In this document: positions 1 to 12,331 of the stretch, in pieces | Layout: each line of letters starts with the position of its first letter | How positions within the stretch are numbered: position 1 is the stretch's first letter | Source of the DNA: Tricharina praecox | Taxonomy: Eukaryota | Length of the DNA stretch: 64,000 nucleotides | Assembly: GCF_024521635.1 (NCBI RefSeq) | Contig: NW_026250406.1 | Location: forward strand, 1,054,001 to 1,118,000 | Reading direction: 5' to 3' | Notes under the pieces: model-generated | Told to the model about the DNA's origin: nothing | Seen by the model: only the letters and a program-made list of their open reading frames with translations | The model's database searches: none | Translations under genes and position numbers: made by a program

Positions 1-1
1 G

Positions 2-1674
2 CGTCGTCCTTCGCAGATCGTTCGCCGACAGTCACTGCTGCCGCAGTCCGACAGCAAATTCATCACCGAACTCTACTTCGGCCAGCCAACCCTAGCCGAG
101 GAGGTGGATTCGGACGGTGTTCTTCGGACCGGGCAACAATCCCCGGCCATGACTGCTCGCAAGGTTTGGGTCAAGCGGTGCAACGCATCCCCCACTTCCG
201 TGCTGGTTACCGAAGAGGACTTGGTGGACGATGTCCGTGATTTGATCTTGGGAAAGTATCAGAACACGCTGGGACGGCATTGGGATGCTCCCGACGTACA
301 GGTCCGCATCGTGCCGCGGGGAGCGAGGCCGAGGGCTCACGATCGGAGTCACGAGAGAGGACACGGGTCCGAGCGGATACTGTCTCCGGACGAATCGCTC
401 TTGAGGGTGGTCGAGGAGTACTTTCCCGGGGGACAGCACGCAGATGATGCTCTGATCATTGAGGTTCCAGAACGAAAGACACCGCGGCCATCGCCCGGTC
501 CTGTCATGCATAGCTACACCTACGGAGGCGATCATCACGTCGAGCCGGGCTACTTCGACATTCCGCCACGTCCCGTTCTTAACCGTGGAACCCCAGATCC
601 CACCAACGGCGGACGGGTCGCGCCGATACCTAGCCCCCAATATCCACGGGAACCGCATCGTCCCCAGATAGGCCGCCGGATGGCCACCTCGCCTCCAGTT
701 CAAGGCATCATCCTCGCTCCCAAGGTCCCAGCCGGGAGGTCCCGGGGTGGGTCCGATGCGTCTGCGCCAAATGGAGGTCAGCCACCTCCTGCCCCACCTC
801 TCAAGACTGTCCCGTCTGAAGAAGATCGGTCCCAGAATACCGCCATGTCCACACCCGCCCGGGTCGCGTCGCCACTGCCAATAGGATCCAGGAAGATCAA
901 GGACGTGAAGCAGGCGAACCCAACCCCACCACCGGCGTCAGGGCCGGGGCGACGTTCCGACGGCACGGTACCTCCGATTAAAGTGCTGATCGTCGAAGAC
1001 AACGTCATCAATCTGCGGTTGCTCGAGGCGTTTATGAAACGACTCAAGGTTCGGTGGGAGGCGGCGATGAACGGAAAGATCGCGGTGGATAAGTGGAGAG
1101 CCGGGGGATTCCATTTGGTATTGATGGATATCCAGTTGCCAGTGATGAATGGTCTGGACGCGACCAAGGAGATCCGAAGGTTGGAGAAGGTGAATAGGAT
1201 AAGAGCAGCATTCCCACACACGAAACCGGATGATGAAGACGACGAACCGGTACCGGAGGAGATACCAGAGGCGGACCGCCTGCCCGATTCGATTCTTTTC
1301 AGGTCTCCAGTCATCATTGTTGCCTTGACTGCTTCTTCCTTGCAGAGTGATCGTCACGAAGCGTATGCAGCCGGGTGCAATGACTTCCTAACCAAGGTTC
1401 GTTTCTCTTTCTTGGACCATCTACCTGAACGTGGGTTTGCTGACGTGTTATACAGCCTGTGAATTTCATCTGGTTAGAACGGAAGGTCACCGAGTGGGGC
1501 TGCATGCAAGCCTTGATCGATTTCGATGGATGGAAGACGTGGAAGAAGAGTGCAGAGGAGATGTCTGCGGCCGACGCAACGGTGGCCAAGAACAAACGAC
1601 TAGCTGCAGGTAACAAGACCAAGAAGCTCAAGAATAATGTCGACGATTCTAAGCCCACCACGCCAGCCGGATAA
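2..1674 (+). CDS. SSK1: Two-component response regulator of the HOG pathway (Ssk1/SskA/Mcs4 type), 5'-truncated by the window; exons <2-1396 and 1456-1674
   Basis: The frame is open from position 2 (RRPSQIVRRQSLL...RKVWVKR). The receiver domain is VPPIKVLIVEDNVINLRLLEAFMKRLKVRW...FHLVLMDIQLP...VIIVALTASSLQSDRHEAYAAGCNDFLTK|PVNFIWLERKVTEWGCMQALIDFDGW. A 59-nt intron at 1397-1455 (GTTCGT...GCTGAC...TACAG) restores the conserved TKPV. Confidence 0.93.
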
Positions 1675-3978
1675 GTAACGGCCGTGGGAATTTTGGCACA
1701 CATGTTTTTTTCCAAGATCCGCCCGGACGGACCATCACCTTATTACCCCCTAGATCTTGCGCTGCTTTGGCGACGACGGCGATGGATACATGCGTTTTAT
1801 ATTCATACACTATGACACCGGATGTTCTTTTGCTCGAGTCCACCGCCGGTTGACATCTAGGAACAAGCTGTTTCAGTTACATTCTTACAAACCATACAAC
1901 CCAACCATACGGCTGCAGTTTATCGCATTGATAACCCGTTGTTTTTTTTTGTTCTTTTTTTTCTCTTTCTTTCCCTTTGCTTTCTCTTTTACATTTTCTT
2001 GTGTCGTCATGGTGGTAATATCATTCATCATATCATTTTAGCGTTTGGTTTTGCGCCACATTTGTCGCAAGGAAAGGACTTCATTGGTTTTGGGGGTGGA
2101 AGGGAACATACAACATACATACATAAGCATGGATTGGGATTGGATTGAATTGGATTGGATTGGATTGAATTGAATCCGATGAGATTGGGGAACGGGGACG
2201 GGGACGGGGAAATAAGAGGGGGAGGGTGGGGGGAGGGTGGTTTTGACTTTCTTTTTTCTTTTTCTCTCTTTCGTTTCTTGTCTTTTTTCTTTTCTTTTCT
2301 TTTCTTTTTCCTTATGTCTGTGTTCCTTTCTTTCTACTTCTACTTCTACGGGTACTTCACGTCATTTTTTGCCGCTGCTACCTTGCTGCTGCTGCTGCTG
2401 CTGCTGCCGTGTACTACCTACCTATGTATATTGATTGCCTTTGCGTTTGGATATTTCGGGGGTTGGGGGTTAGGGGGATGAAGATGGGAGGAGGGGATGG
2501 GCGGAGGTTCTTTTCGGCGTTTTTTTTCATTTTCTTCAAACTTTCAAACTTTCAACTTTTTACACACTGAATGAAGCCTGAAGCCTGAAGCCTGAAGGAG
2601 GTGGGGACGAGACGGGGGTCGGGACGCGGAGGGCGGAGGGCGGGGGCCGGGGGTCGGGACGGGGATTGTATACGTATAGGTTTATATACACTTACATTGC
2701 TTAATTGATTGATTGATTGATTGTTCATACAGCATGGAACCCGAAGGTTATGGCGATAGAGATATCTACAATACAACATTTCGACAAAGAAATCCCACCA
2801 CCAAATCCATACAGAAATGACAAGCCAAATCCCTTCGTCTCGCAATATTTTGAAAGTGAGCCTCCGAAGAGGCTCGGGTTGTCGGTTTTGCGCTGTAGCG
2901 GCGCTTCGTAGCCCTCCTCTTCTGCAAAAGATACCTCTACTCGGTACTACCCTCAACATAACCAGTCTGGCGCACACGGCATGGTGCTCGAAAGGAATCG
3001 TCGTCTCGGGGTTTGCGTAGCTGTCAAGGCCGGGGCCCGATGAATCTCTCCTAGAGTGATAAAATCGATGATGATGTGCGGGGAAGCGATGGTGAGACTT
3101 CTTCAGAGGTTCGGACGCCGCACCCGTGGTGGTGCAGTTCTCCGGCCAGGGACCGAGGCTCGATTGATCTCTATCGCTTCATGCTCATCGTCGTCGAATT
3201 CGTCGGTCGGGGCACTCAATCAGCGGTCGGAAAGAGTGGACATACACGCCACATGAATCCTGAAGTCAAAGTGAGCGGGGCATTTGGTGTGCCAACGCAT
3301 AGTCTTGGCATTTTTGGAAGGTTGGTGTGGTTGTCGGAGGTGTGTGTATTTACATTGCTTACATTGTTTGGTTGATTGTTTGGTTGTTTCAAGTTTGGTT
3401 GGTTGGTTGATTGATGGGGCTTGAAATTTGGTGGAGGACGGTGGATGGTGGGAAGCAAATGTACTCACTTCGATTGGTACTCTCTACCTTCTTTTGCTGT
3501 GTATGCTGCCTATAGGCTGTAGGCTGGCTCGGTAAACCGCGCCGCTGTTGACAACTCGACAGTTGATCGGGATCCCGTGGGCTATGGACTTTGTTGGGGC
3601 TAGCTGTCTGGCTGTCTGGCTGCCCAGGGGGGGTTTAAGGCTTTAAGGCTTTGAACGGATATGACTTCGTGGGCTTTGACATGGGCTGCTTTCCTTGTAC
3701 GTACGTAAGTAGGTACCGAGGTACCCAAGTAAGCGCGGAAATACTACGGCTTGAGAATTGACTGTTGACTCTAGACTCTTGAAAGTTGAGGCCTCACCTC
3801 CGCTATGTATGGTAGGTATTCTCCTTCGAGCTCTTGGAAGTTGGACTGGACATATCCGTATACAGGTAGGTACGAAATAGGTACGGAATACAGGTTGAAT
3901 TTTCAGCGAGGGTAAAGGGTCGAGGATCGAGCTTTCGGCGAAGGTTGAGGGGCGAGGGATGAGGGTCGAGGGTCGAGG

Positions 3979-4041
3979 TTCGGGGTTCGGGGTTCGGGGT
4001 TCGGGGTTCGGGGTTCGGGGTTCGGGGTTCGGGGTTCGGGG
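3979..4041. repeat. Heptamer tandem repeat (TTCGGGG)x9
   Basis: Read directly from the sequence; preceded by degenerate GAGGGTC units. Confidence 0.95.
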
Positions 4042-5278
4042 TTTTGCACGATGAATCGTGAATGAATGATGAATGATGAATGATGAAGCGTGAATGATGA
4101 ATGGTGTTTTTATGCTTCGCCCACCACTACATGCAACCCGACGGATGATAAATTCCAAAAACAGTGAGTGTAAGCACTCCAAGGGAACGGTCTTGCTACA
4201 GGCTACAGCTATGTACACGAGCAAGCGAGCGTACAACCACCCTCGGACCTCACGATGGGCTTTACGAAGGAAACTTATGGTTGTGTCGATACTCTACCTG
4301 CTCTACCTACTCTGTGGTTAGTACTCTGTATAGGTACTTGGCTTTGGCTTTGGGTGTTCGACGTTGGATGTTGGATGTTGATGGTTGACGTTGGATGTTG
4401 ATACATACCGTAGGTGAATACTCGCATGATCCAGCAATACCTACTTCATACCTAGGCGAGTAGGTATCATACAGAATGATGAATGAAAACCCCAGCTCTA
4501 TAACCAGTATCTACCGGAGGGTTTTGACAGCGGTGCCCACGTGCACAGTCTCGACATGTGATATCACTCGATTCTCGGACCACGGCCATGGGATCGATCT
4601 ACTACCTAGTAGACTGCCTGTGTCCATTCGAGCACCTGCAGGCTGCAGTGGGACTGTTAAAAGCGGCTGTTTCCTCCGAATGCGAAAGATATTCACCAGG
4701 TAGTATCTAGACTGGTAAAGATATTTATTTTGGGGGTTAATTGTGGAAAGTTACTTAATTAGGTACTCTTAGGAACAAGAGGCAAGGGAGGATAGGTCTA
4801 TTGTGCTATACTATAGCGTTCACGATAGACGCATAACTACATAGTTTACTGTGGGGTTTTGGTGGTGACGGTCGTTGGATAGGTACATCACCAACTCAAG
4901 CCAGAAGCGCGTTCACAGTGTAAATAGCAACGATGCGGTGGGCGTGGATACTATCGCTATCGTAGATTCCATCCCCCCTTGCACTATATAGTGTATACGT
5001 ACTTGCACGGAAGTAGCCGTTCTTCGAATGCCAAAATACAAATACATACTATCTATTATGGTATTAGATCCTCTCTGGTATCACTCGTATGCCCCGACCG
5101 GTCACCACCCCATCCACACGTATTGCTCCTATGCCCCCGTAGAAAGCGCATGGCTAGCCGTTATTCGTTATATGGCAATTGCTAGGCCCGCGAATCATCA
5201 TGTCAGTACATAGGTAAGTATTCTGGTAGGCCCCGCTCAGGATGTGGGTGACAAACCCCATCAATTGCCCTGCGGCTT

Positions 5279-8200
5279 TCAAAGCTCCACGATCGATTCG
5301 CGAGCTCTCTCTCGGGCGATTCCTCCATATCTCGCCGGATCTGCATTACCGCCGGCGTTATCCTGCAGCAGTAGGAGCTCGACAATCGGCGCGTGACCTC
5401 CCTCGCACGCGGCTTGCAGAGCGGTTCTTCCACACATCGCTGGCTCAGCACCGACATCGGCGCCATTCCGCAGGAGGAACTCGACGACCGATTTGTGGCC
5501 TCCTTCGCACGCGGCCTGGAGAGCGGTTCTTCCATAGCCCCATGCTGGGGGGGGGGGCATTGACATCGGCGTTGTTCCGCGGTAGTAGCTTGGCGATTAG
5601 TCCGTGGCCTCCCTCGCATGTAGCTTGAAGCGCTGTTCGCCCATTAGACGCCGCGGGAGCTGCGTTGACTTCGGCTTTGTGCCGGAGTAGAAGGGAGACA
5701 ATCAACATATGACCACCCTCGCATGCCGCTTGTAGCGCGGTCCTTCCGTCAGTCGCCGCTGGAGGGGCATTGACTTCGGCATTGTTCCGTAGCAGGAGCT
5801 CGACAATCGGCCTGTGACCCCCTTCGCATGCGGCCTGGAGGGCTGTTCTTCCACCCGACGCCGCTGGATCGGCATTGACTTCGGCGTTATTTCGTAACAG
5901 GAGCTCGACAATCGATCCATGGCCTCCCCCGCATGCGGCTTGAAGGGCGGTCCTTCCGTCGGTCGCCGCTAGGTTAGCATTGACTTTGGCTTTGTTCTGC
6001 AGCAGAAGCTCGACAATCGATTCGTGGCCTCTCTCGCACGCGGCCTGGAGAGCAGTTCTTCCACACATCGCTGGATCAGCATTGACATCTGAGTTATTCT
6101 GTAGAAGAAGCTCGACAATCGATATGTGACCGTTTCCGCATGCGGCCTGGAGGGCAGTTCTTCCATAGCCCCATGCTGGAGGCGCATTGACGTCAGCGTT
6201 ATTCAGTAGTAGAAGCTCGACAATCGACCCGTGACCTCCCTCGCATGCAGCTTGAAGAGCGGTTCTTCCGTCAGTCGCTGCTGGAGGGGCATTGACTTCG
6301 GCGTTATTCCGTAAAAGAAGCTCGACAATCGATTTGTGACCTCTCTTACATGCGATCTGGAGGGCGGTTCTTTCATAGCCTCATTCTGGAGGAGCATTGA
6401 CTTCGGCTTGATTCCGTAGTAGAAGCTCGACGATCGATTCATGGCCTTCCTCACATGCGGCTTGCAGGGCGGTTCTTCCATCAGGCGCCGCTGGATCAGC
6501 ATTGATGTTGGCGTTGTTCCGTAGTAAAAGCTCGACAATCGACCCGTGACCTCCCTCGCATGCAGCCTGGAGAGCGGTCCTTCCACTGTTCCATGGTGTA
6601 GAAGCATCGACATCAGCCTTATTCCATAAAAGAAGCTCGGCAATCGATTGGTGGCCGTTCCCACATGCAGCCTGGAGATCAGTTCTCTCATGGGCTGCCG
6701 GCGCCAGGCGTGTTAGAGGAGCATTAGGTTCAGCACCAGCCTGCAGCAGAAGATCGACAATCGATTCGTGACCACTCCTGCATGTGTCTTGCAAAACCGT
6801 CGATTCGCTGGTTATAAAGTTCGGATTCGTGTCGCGGTCGAGTAATAGTTTGACGGCACGGGTCGAACCTTCTCGGCACGCATGCTCGAGCAATGTCCCT
6901 CCAAGCGGTTTCCAATAGTTGTCAATAGTATTGGCACCACATGTCCGGAGCAGCGCATCCACGGCATGATCCTGTCGGGCTAAGATCGCAATCCAGAGGG
7001 CGTTCTCAATATCTTCGACGCTGCACACTCCCCTTTCCAGCAAAAACTCCACCAACCGTGTATGACCGCCATAAGCTACACCAGTCAAGGCACAAAGAAT
7101 CCTGACAATTTTCCCATCGATCTCGACGGAGATTCCGCTACTCCCATCGGCACTCACGCCGTCTTCCAGAAGCAGGGCCACCACATCGTGAAGACCTCTT
7201 GAACTCGCGTGAAGGAGAGCCCGTTTGGGAAACGTGGTTCTGCCAATGCTGCGGAGATGCTTTATGAGAAGAATTGCAACCGAGGTGTGGAGGTTTGTGA
7301 TTGCCGCGATGAGAGGAGTAAACATGCGACAGTCGCAATCGTCATCGTCGTAGGAATAGCAATCACAATCGTGGTTACTGCTAATTTCCGCAGCTGGATC
7401 GGCGCCTTTGTTCAGGAGAGCGGAGACCATCTCGAATGAGCCATATCTGGCGGCGATTAATAGAGGGGTCCTTCCTATAGAATCCCTCGTTTCCATAGTG
7501 CCTTCTTGCTCAAATAGTTGGTCGACGATGTGTGGCCATGAGATCTGCTGAGTCCTGGCCCCCGCATTGGTAACATTCTTCGCTGCCCGACCGTTGAGAA
7601 CGGCTTTCGCGATGAAAGGGCTTTTGGATTTCAACGCACGGTGCAAAGGCGAGAAACGCGGAAGTAACCCTGCCTCCTCATTGAAGCCGTCGAACTGCTG
7701 ACGAAACCGAGTGTACAAGAGCGACAGACGCACCGCCGTCTTTTCAACTGTGGCCACCGCTCCTTCGTCCTCAAACTGGCCATACCAGTTTCTGTAAGAT
7801 TTCCGCACCACTCTTCGTAGACTTCTATGGCAGCTAATATCTCGCCGTTGTCCTCCAGCATCGTAGCAAGCTTCGTAACTGCCCGTTCGTGATATCTAGA
7901 GATGGTGGATACACCGTTGCATCGTGTCGATTCGACTTGCGTGAGGAAGCTGATCACCTTTCGGGAAAGGCTCTCTGCCTCTGCAAGTCGTTGCTGTGAG
8001 GCAAGGGCGGAAACCACTTCTCCTGAGAGAATGACAGCCTGTTTGCTGTACTCGTAGAAGGGCTGGCATGATGTATCGGAGTACCGCTGCGAACCCATTT
8101 TCGAACACTGCTCAAGCAGGGCCAATCTTTGACAGCTATCACTGTAAGATACAATCAGTTCTGGAAATCGATGGAGAAACATACAACATGACTCACCATG

Positions 8201-9664
8201 CTCGAAACACCCATACGGGACATGTGCCCCCTTCTTTGTGGTCCCTAAGTAAGACCTTGCATCCTCGAAAGCCGAAATGCCACTAGGTGACCAAGTGTCA
8301 TCGGTAATTCTTTGTGGCGATGAGGTATTGTCGTAAGGAAGAACCGCTCCGTCTAAGATGGTCAATACTTTCCTCTCCTCGGGGATGTCAGGCAGGTTCG
8401 ACGGTGGGCCTGCCGCAGGGCCCGATGAAGATTTAGCGCGAGGAGAATGGTTGGATTCCTTCAGAGGGCATAGGTTCTCGATTTTCATGTGAATGGGCGA
8501 GGGTCCGGGTGCTTCCGGGGCGTGGGGTAGATGTTCGACTACAGCAGAGTCGGGTTTCGGTGACCCTTGAGATTCTCCGAGGCTGTCATGGGCCTTCTCT
8601 CGTACAGAACTAACTGGATCCTTTGGTCTCCTGATCGCCATCTCTGGCTCAGAACACGGCAAGCCCTTAAAATCGCACCGCTTGCACTTTTCTGGCCATC
8701 GTTGCTCGTCGGGCTCGCACTATAATTCGCCGTTTAGCGTTGGCCGCAATCCCCCAAGCTTTTCGGAGCTTCCATACCTTCTGCTTGCTCTTACGGCACT
8801 GCAGGCATTTGAGACTGGCTAACTTCCTCCTCTTCGTTTCTCCCGGTCCGTCAATCCTGCAGGTGTACCCGAACCCGGTGCATCGTTTGCAGGACGGTGA
8901 ATCCACGGGCCAGTTGCACTGCATCAAGGTTAGAGACACGTTCCACGGAATACAAATACAAGTAGGGTTTTCACCCGTCGGCGGTCTGTTTTGCAGTGCC
9001 AGCACCTCCTTTCAGGCTGCTCCTCTGTACTCCTCCCCCTCTTCCGGCTCACGGCCGAGAGTGCCAGCAGCGCCGATTATAGCTCCGGGGGATTTGATAT
9101 GACATAGCCAAGGTGAGACGGCTGCTGGGATTCGACTTGCGATGGAACTCCCGAAAGTTGCATTCCCTGAGTACATTGTGATCTTTCCAGGACTACAAGA
9201 TGTGATGTGGCCCCTCCTCCTCCTCCCTCTCCTTCTCCTCCTCCTCCTCCCTCTCCTTCTCCTCCTCCTGGCAAAGTCAGTGACGTTCCAGCAAGGCATC
9301 CTCAGACCTGCCGCGAACGATAGACATTAACCGATGCTGGGATAGACAAACCCGAATTCTAAGAAGGAGCATCCAAATCATGTGATTGGGTTTGTATTGG
9401 AGGTTGCACATACTGGACGAGTTGTGGCCCTCCCGAGACCTCAGAATATGACGATGATGTGCCCTCTGCAACTGGTGAAATCAGTGATGTTCCAACAAGA
9501 CGTTTTCAGGTCTTCCAAGATAGCCGCAAACTGATGGTGGAGAGACAACCTGAATTCCGAGAGGAAGGGTGCGAGATATGCGATGGCCACTGGGCTGGAA
9601 TTTTGGGCCAGAGCTCCCCGAACTGAGGGTAATGGCTAAAAGCCGCACTGGAGCTGAAGTCCAT
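5279..9664 (-). pseudogene. Paralogue A: 2x Zn(II)2Cys6 / TPR-like block / ankyrin-repeat protein, disabled
   Basis: Predicted exons 9664-9550, 9471-9352, 9267-8975, 8918-8778 and 8719-5279. Splicing yields CWHCKTDRRR|CNWPVDSPSCKRCTGFGYTC and CLQCRKSKQK|CEPDEQRWPEKCKRCDFKGLPC. These are followed by a TPR-like helical region, several divergent ankyrins and 13 GRTALQAAC-type repeats. Lesions are in-frame TAG 9359-9361, TAA 9077-9079, a frameshift at about 7812, TGA 6381-6383 and a frameshift in the G11 run 5547-5557. Confidence 0.85.
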
Positions 9665-10120
9665 TGGAGTAGCAGTGGCTGAGGGGAGATGTGGAAAGAC
9701 GGGTAAAGAGCTCCATTTTCCGCGGTGGATGTGAAGATATAAACAATTCCCGAGATGTCTTTTGTTATTGCAACCCTAGGCTCTCAGCTCCACACTGGGG
9801 ATGTGCGCGGAGTGCGCGAAGTGCGACGAGTAATGGAGAATTAAGCAGCGTACCAAGTCATCACACGTCGGATGTGTCGCAAGTAGCAAAACGAGTCCCC
9901 CCGCACGCCGGATGAGCAACGACGTGCGCGAAATGCTACCAGGTACCTAATGTACTCTACTCTGGAGCAGCTGTTGGATGGGTGTGTGTAACGGGCAACC
10001 GATCCTGCCCAGTTCGCCTTGTCGTGAGTACGGTATGTACGTGTGTAGAGTATCTCAACTTTGGTTTTCTTTTGTATTCGTGGCAGGTACTATTACAGTA
10101 TGTACGAGTACCGTGGCACT

Positions 10121-10286
10121 TACTATCCCAAGGGTGGGTAACAATGGTGGTCGTGCTACCGCATGTTTAAGAAAATTGCAGTGATATGGTATCAGTACGG
10201 TTAAAATACGTGTTTTTATGCCCTGATATAATATCAATATGCGTCCAGCGGTAACAACGTTTTTATAACCCCCGCTTGAAAGTAGT
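10121..10286. mobile_element. Degenerate relative of the fold-back MITE at 19443-19562
   Basis: Core GTATCAGTACGGTTAAAATAC (10189-) matches GTATCAGTACGGTCGAAATAC (19483-). The ends TACTATCCCAAGGGTGGGTAA...TATAACCCCCGCTTGAAAGTAGT are imperfect inverted repeats resembling the termini of the 19443 element. Confidence 0.5.
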
Positions 10287-10585
10287 TCTCCCCAAGAGCA
10301 GCCTTCCACCAGCATAGCAGCCGAGAAGCGCGCATAAAGCTGTTATGACCAGATCTAAGGGAAGATTTAGGTCCTTATTGGACTCTTTCGGATGGAGATC
10401 GGTGGGGAACGACGGGTTTATGGGCAGAAAAACGGCTCTGGTCACCATCAACCACCAGTTTCTCCCGAGCGCAGCCTCCCAACCAAGAAGCGCGCACAAT
10501 ACTGCTATGACCAGATCTAAAGAGGGCTTGGGTCCTTATTGGACTCTATTGGATGAAAACCGGTGGAGAACGACGGGTTTAGGTT
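10284..10585. repeat. Imperfect tandem duplication, period about 162 bp
   Basis: AGAAGCGCGCA...TATGACCAGATCTAA...GGTCCTTATTGGACTCT...GAACGACGGGTTTA occurs at 10324 and again at 10486. Confidence 0.85.
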
Positions 10586-10897
10586 GAGGCAACAGCCACT
10601 TTCGCTACATATGAGCAGAGGTATAGAATGCCCGCTGTGGATCTAAAAAGGTACCCGGCACCCTCGTCGTTGCGCGATGCCCGCTGCACCGCCACACTAA
10701 TGCTGCGTACAAAACCAATTTTTTTGAAGATAAGCAGTCGACTGGAAAACGAGAGTTCGACAGGGTGAAAGAGAATGCTTTTGTATTTTATTGAAGCACT
10801 GGAGCTCGCTGAGATGCTGCTTTTTCAACTTTTATCACGATTTTTTCGTGGGTTATGTGATCCATCGGTTGAGAAGTAGAATTTTGGTTGGTATTTC

Positions 10898-10960
10898 AGT
10901 AACGAGTCAATCCATTTTAGTGACGAGTCAATCCATTGTAGTGATGAGTCAATCCATTTT
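10898..10960. repeat. 21-bp tandem repeat x3 (AGTRAYGAGTCAATCCATTKT)
   Basis: Three consecutive copies start at 10898, 10919 and 10940. Confidence 0.9.
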
Positions 10961-12331
10961 TAATGATAAGTCGCTAGGTGCACCCATAGCGAGTCGGTAG
11001 CTTTTATGCCTCAAGCGCGAACTCCACTCATCTGGTCTGAATTTTCTGTTCACAACGTGCAACTGGAGACAAATTGGCCACTCTACAATCATGAAACGCG
11101 AAAAAATCCTCAGCATAATCTAGGTAGGTAGTAAACGACTGTCACGAGTACTCTAGCGATTATTTTCCAGCATAGATCTCATCTGGTTGGATTGGGACGG
11201 GTGGTCCGGACTCCAAAGTGCGAACGCCATCGGGTAATTACCTAGCCATAGTGGCGTACCGCCGCTGGTGCTTCAACACACCTGTGGTCAATGGTCATAG
11301 GTGACTGGTATCCCCACAGCACGGAACGCGCTGCTTACCCATCTTCTGAAGTCCTTTACTCTACTCGACGAACTGTCCGAAGGTGGGGGGGGGGGTTGCG
11401 ATCCTGAACCCAATCCAGGCAAACCCACAAGCAAAATTGCGGAGTCTACAACGTACAGCACCTGATCTGAATATGTCAAGGTGCGGATAGTAGGTATATA
11501 GTACTACACGATTCGACGGCTGGCTGTGGCAACCGGGACGGTAGCCCAGTGTAGGCGTCTTCGGTGAGCTTGAAGATACAATTGGGAGGTGCCCGGTGAG
11601 TGTTGCAGAATCAACCTACGCACACGGCTTGGAGATTCGTAGCTTGACTATGTATCTTATGCAGTTCGTGCCTTCGTTGTTTCTCGGACAGACTTCGTCC
11701 TTTATGCACCACTCTCCTACTTTTCGTTGCCATTTCCTTCGCTGATGGGGAAAAGCATGATGAGGATGTTGTTTAGAGAGGGGGAGGATATGGATACGGT
11801 GGTTTGTTCGGTGAGTCTGTAGTAGGGAGTCAAGAGAGGGAAAATATAGTGGGCGGGTGTAGATGTGAGTGACCGGGTTTGCCTCCGTCCGATCGGCTGC
11901 TACGAGACTGTCCCTAATCATTCATTATTCCTGCACTGGCGAAGGATAGTAGGTAGGGCATAGGAACTTTGATCGCGAGAATCGGTGGGAACTCTCGACA
12001 GATGTATGGGATGTAGAAGTAACGATAGTTCTTCAAAAGACAAATACAAATCATGGCAAGATTTTAGATCGCTCTCAGTAGCTCCAATACACTACATTCA
12101 GATCCCTCAACCCACCCGCGCGTATACCGGGCCCATGTGCTGAATGCTAACACTAACCAGCCTGCGATATAGATATAATCAAGTATTCTAATGATCGTGT
12201 CAGTACACTTTATGAGTTCACTCAGAATCTGGGACACAAACATCATTATTCGGTTGCTCCTGCGTCTCTTAAAACCTCCATGATCCCGTATACTCGCCAC
12301 GTAACGCTGCAGTCAGCGCTGTTACACCTCC

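Noticed and set aside
2700..3320. Possible degenerate minus-strand gene downstream of SSK1
   Set aside because: Stops in all frames and no recognisable homology.
11600..11921. Small Cys-containing ORF between the paralogues
   Set aside because: No signal peptide, clear splice model or recognisable family.
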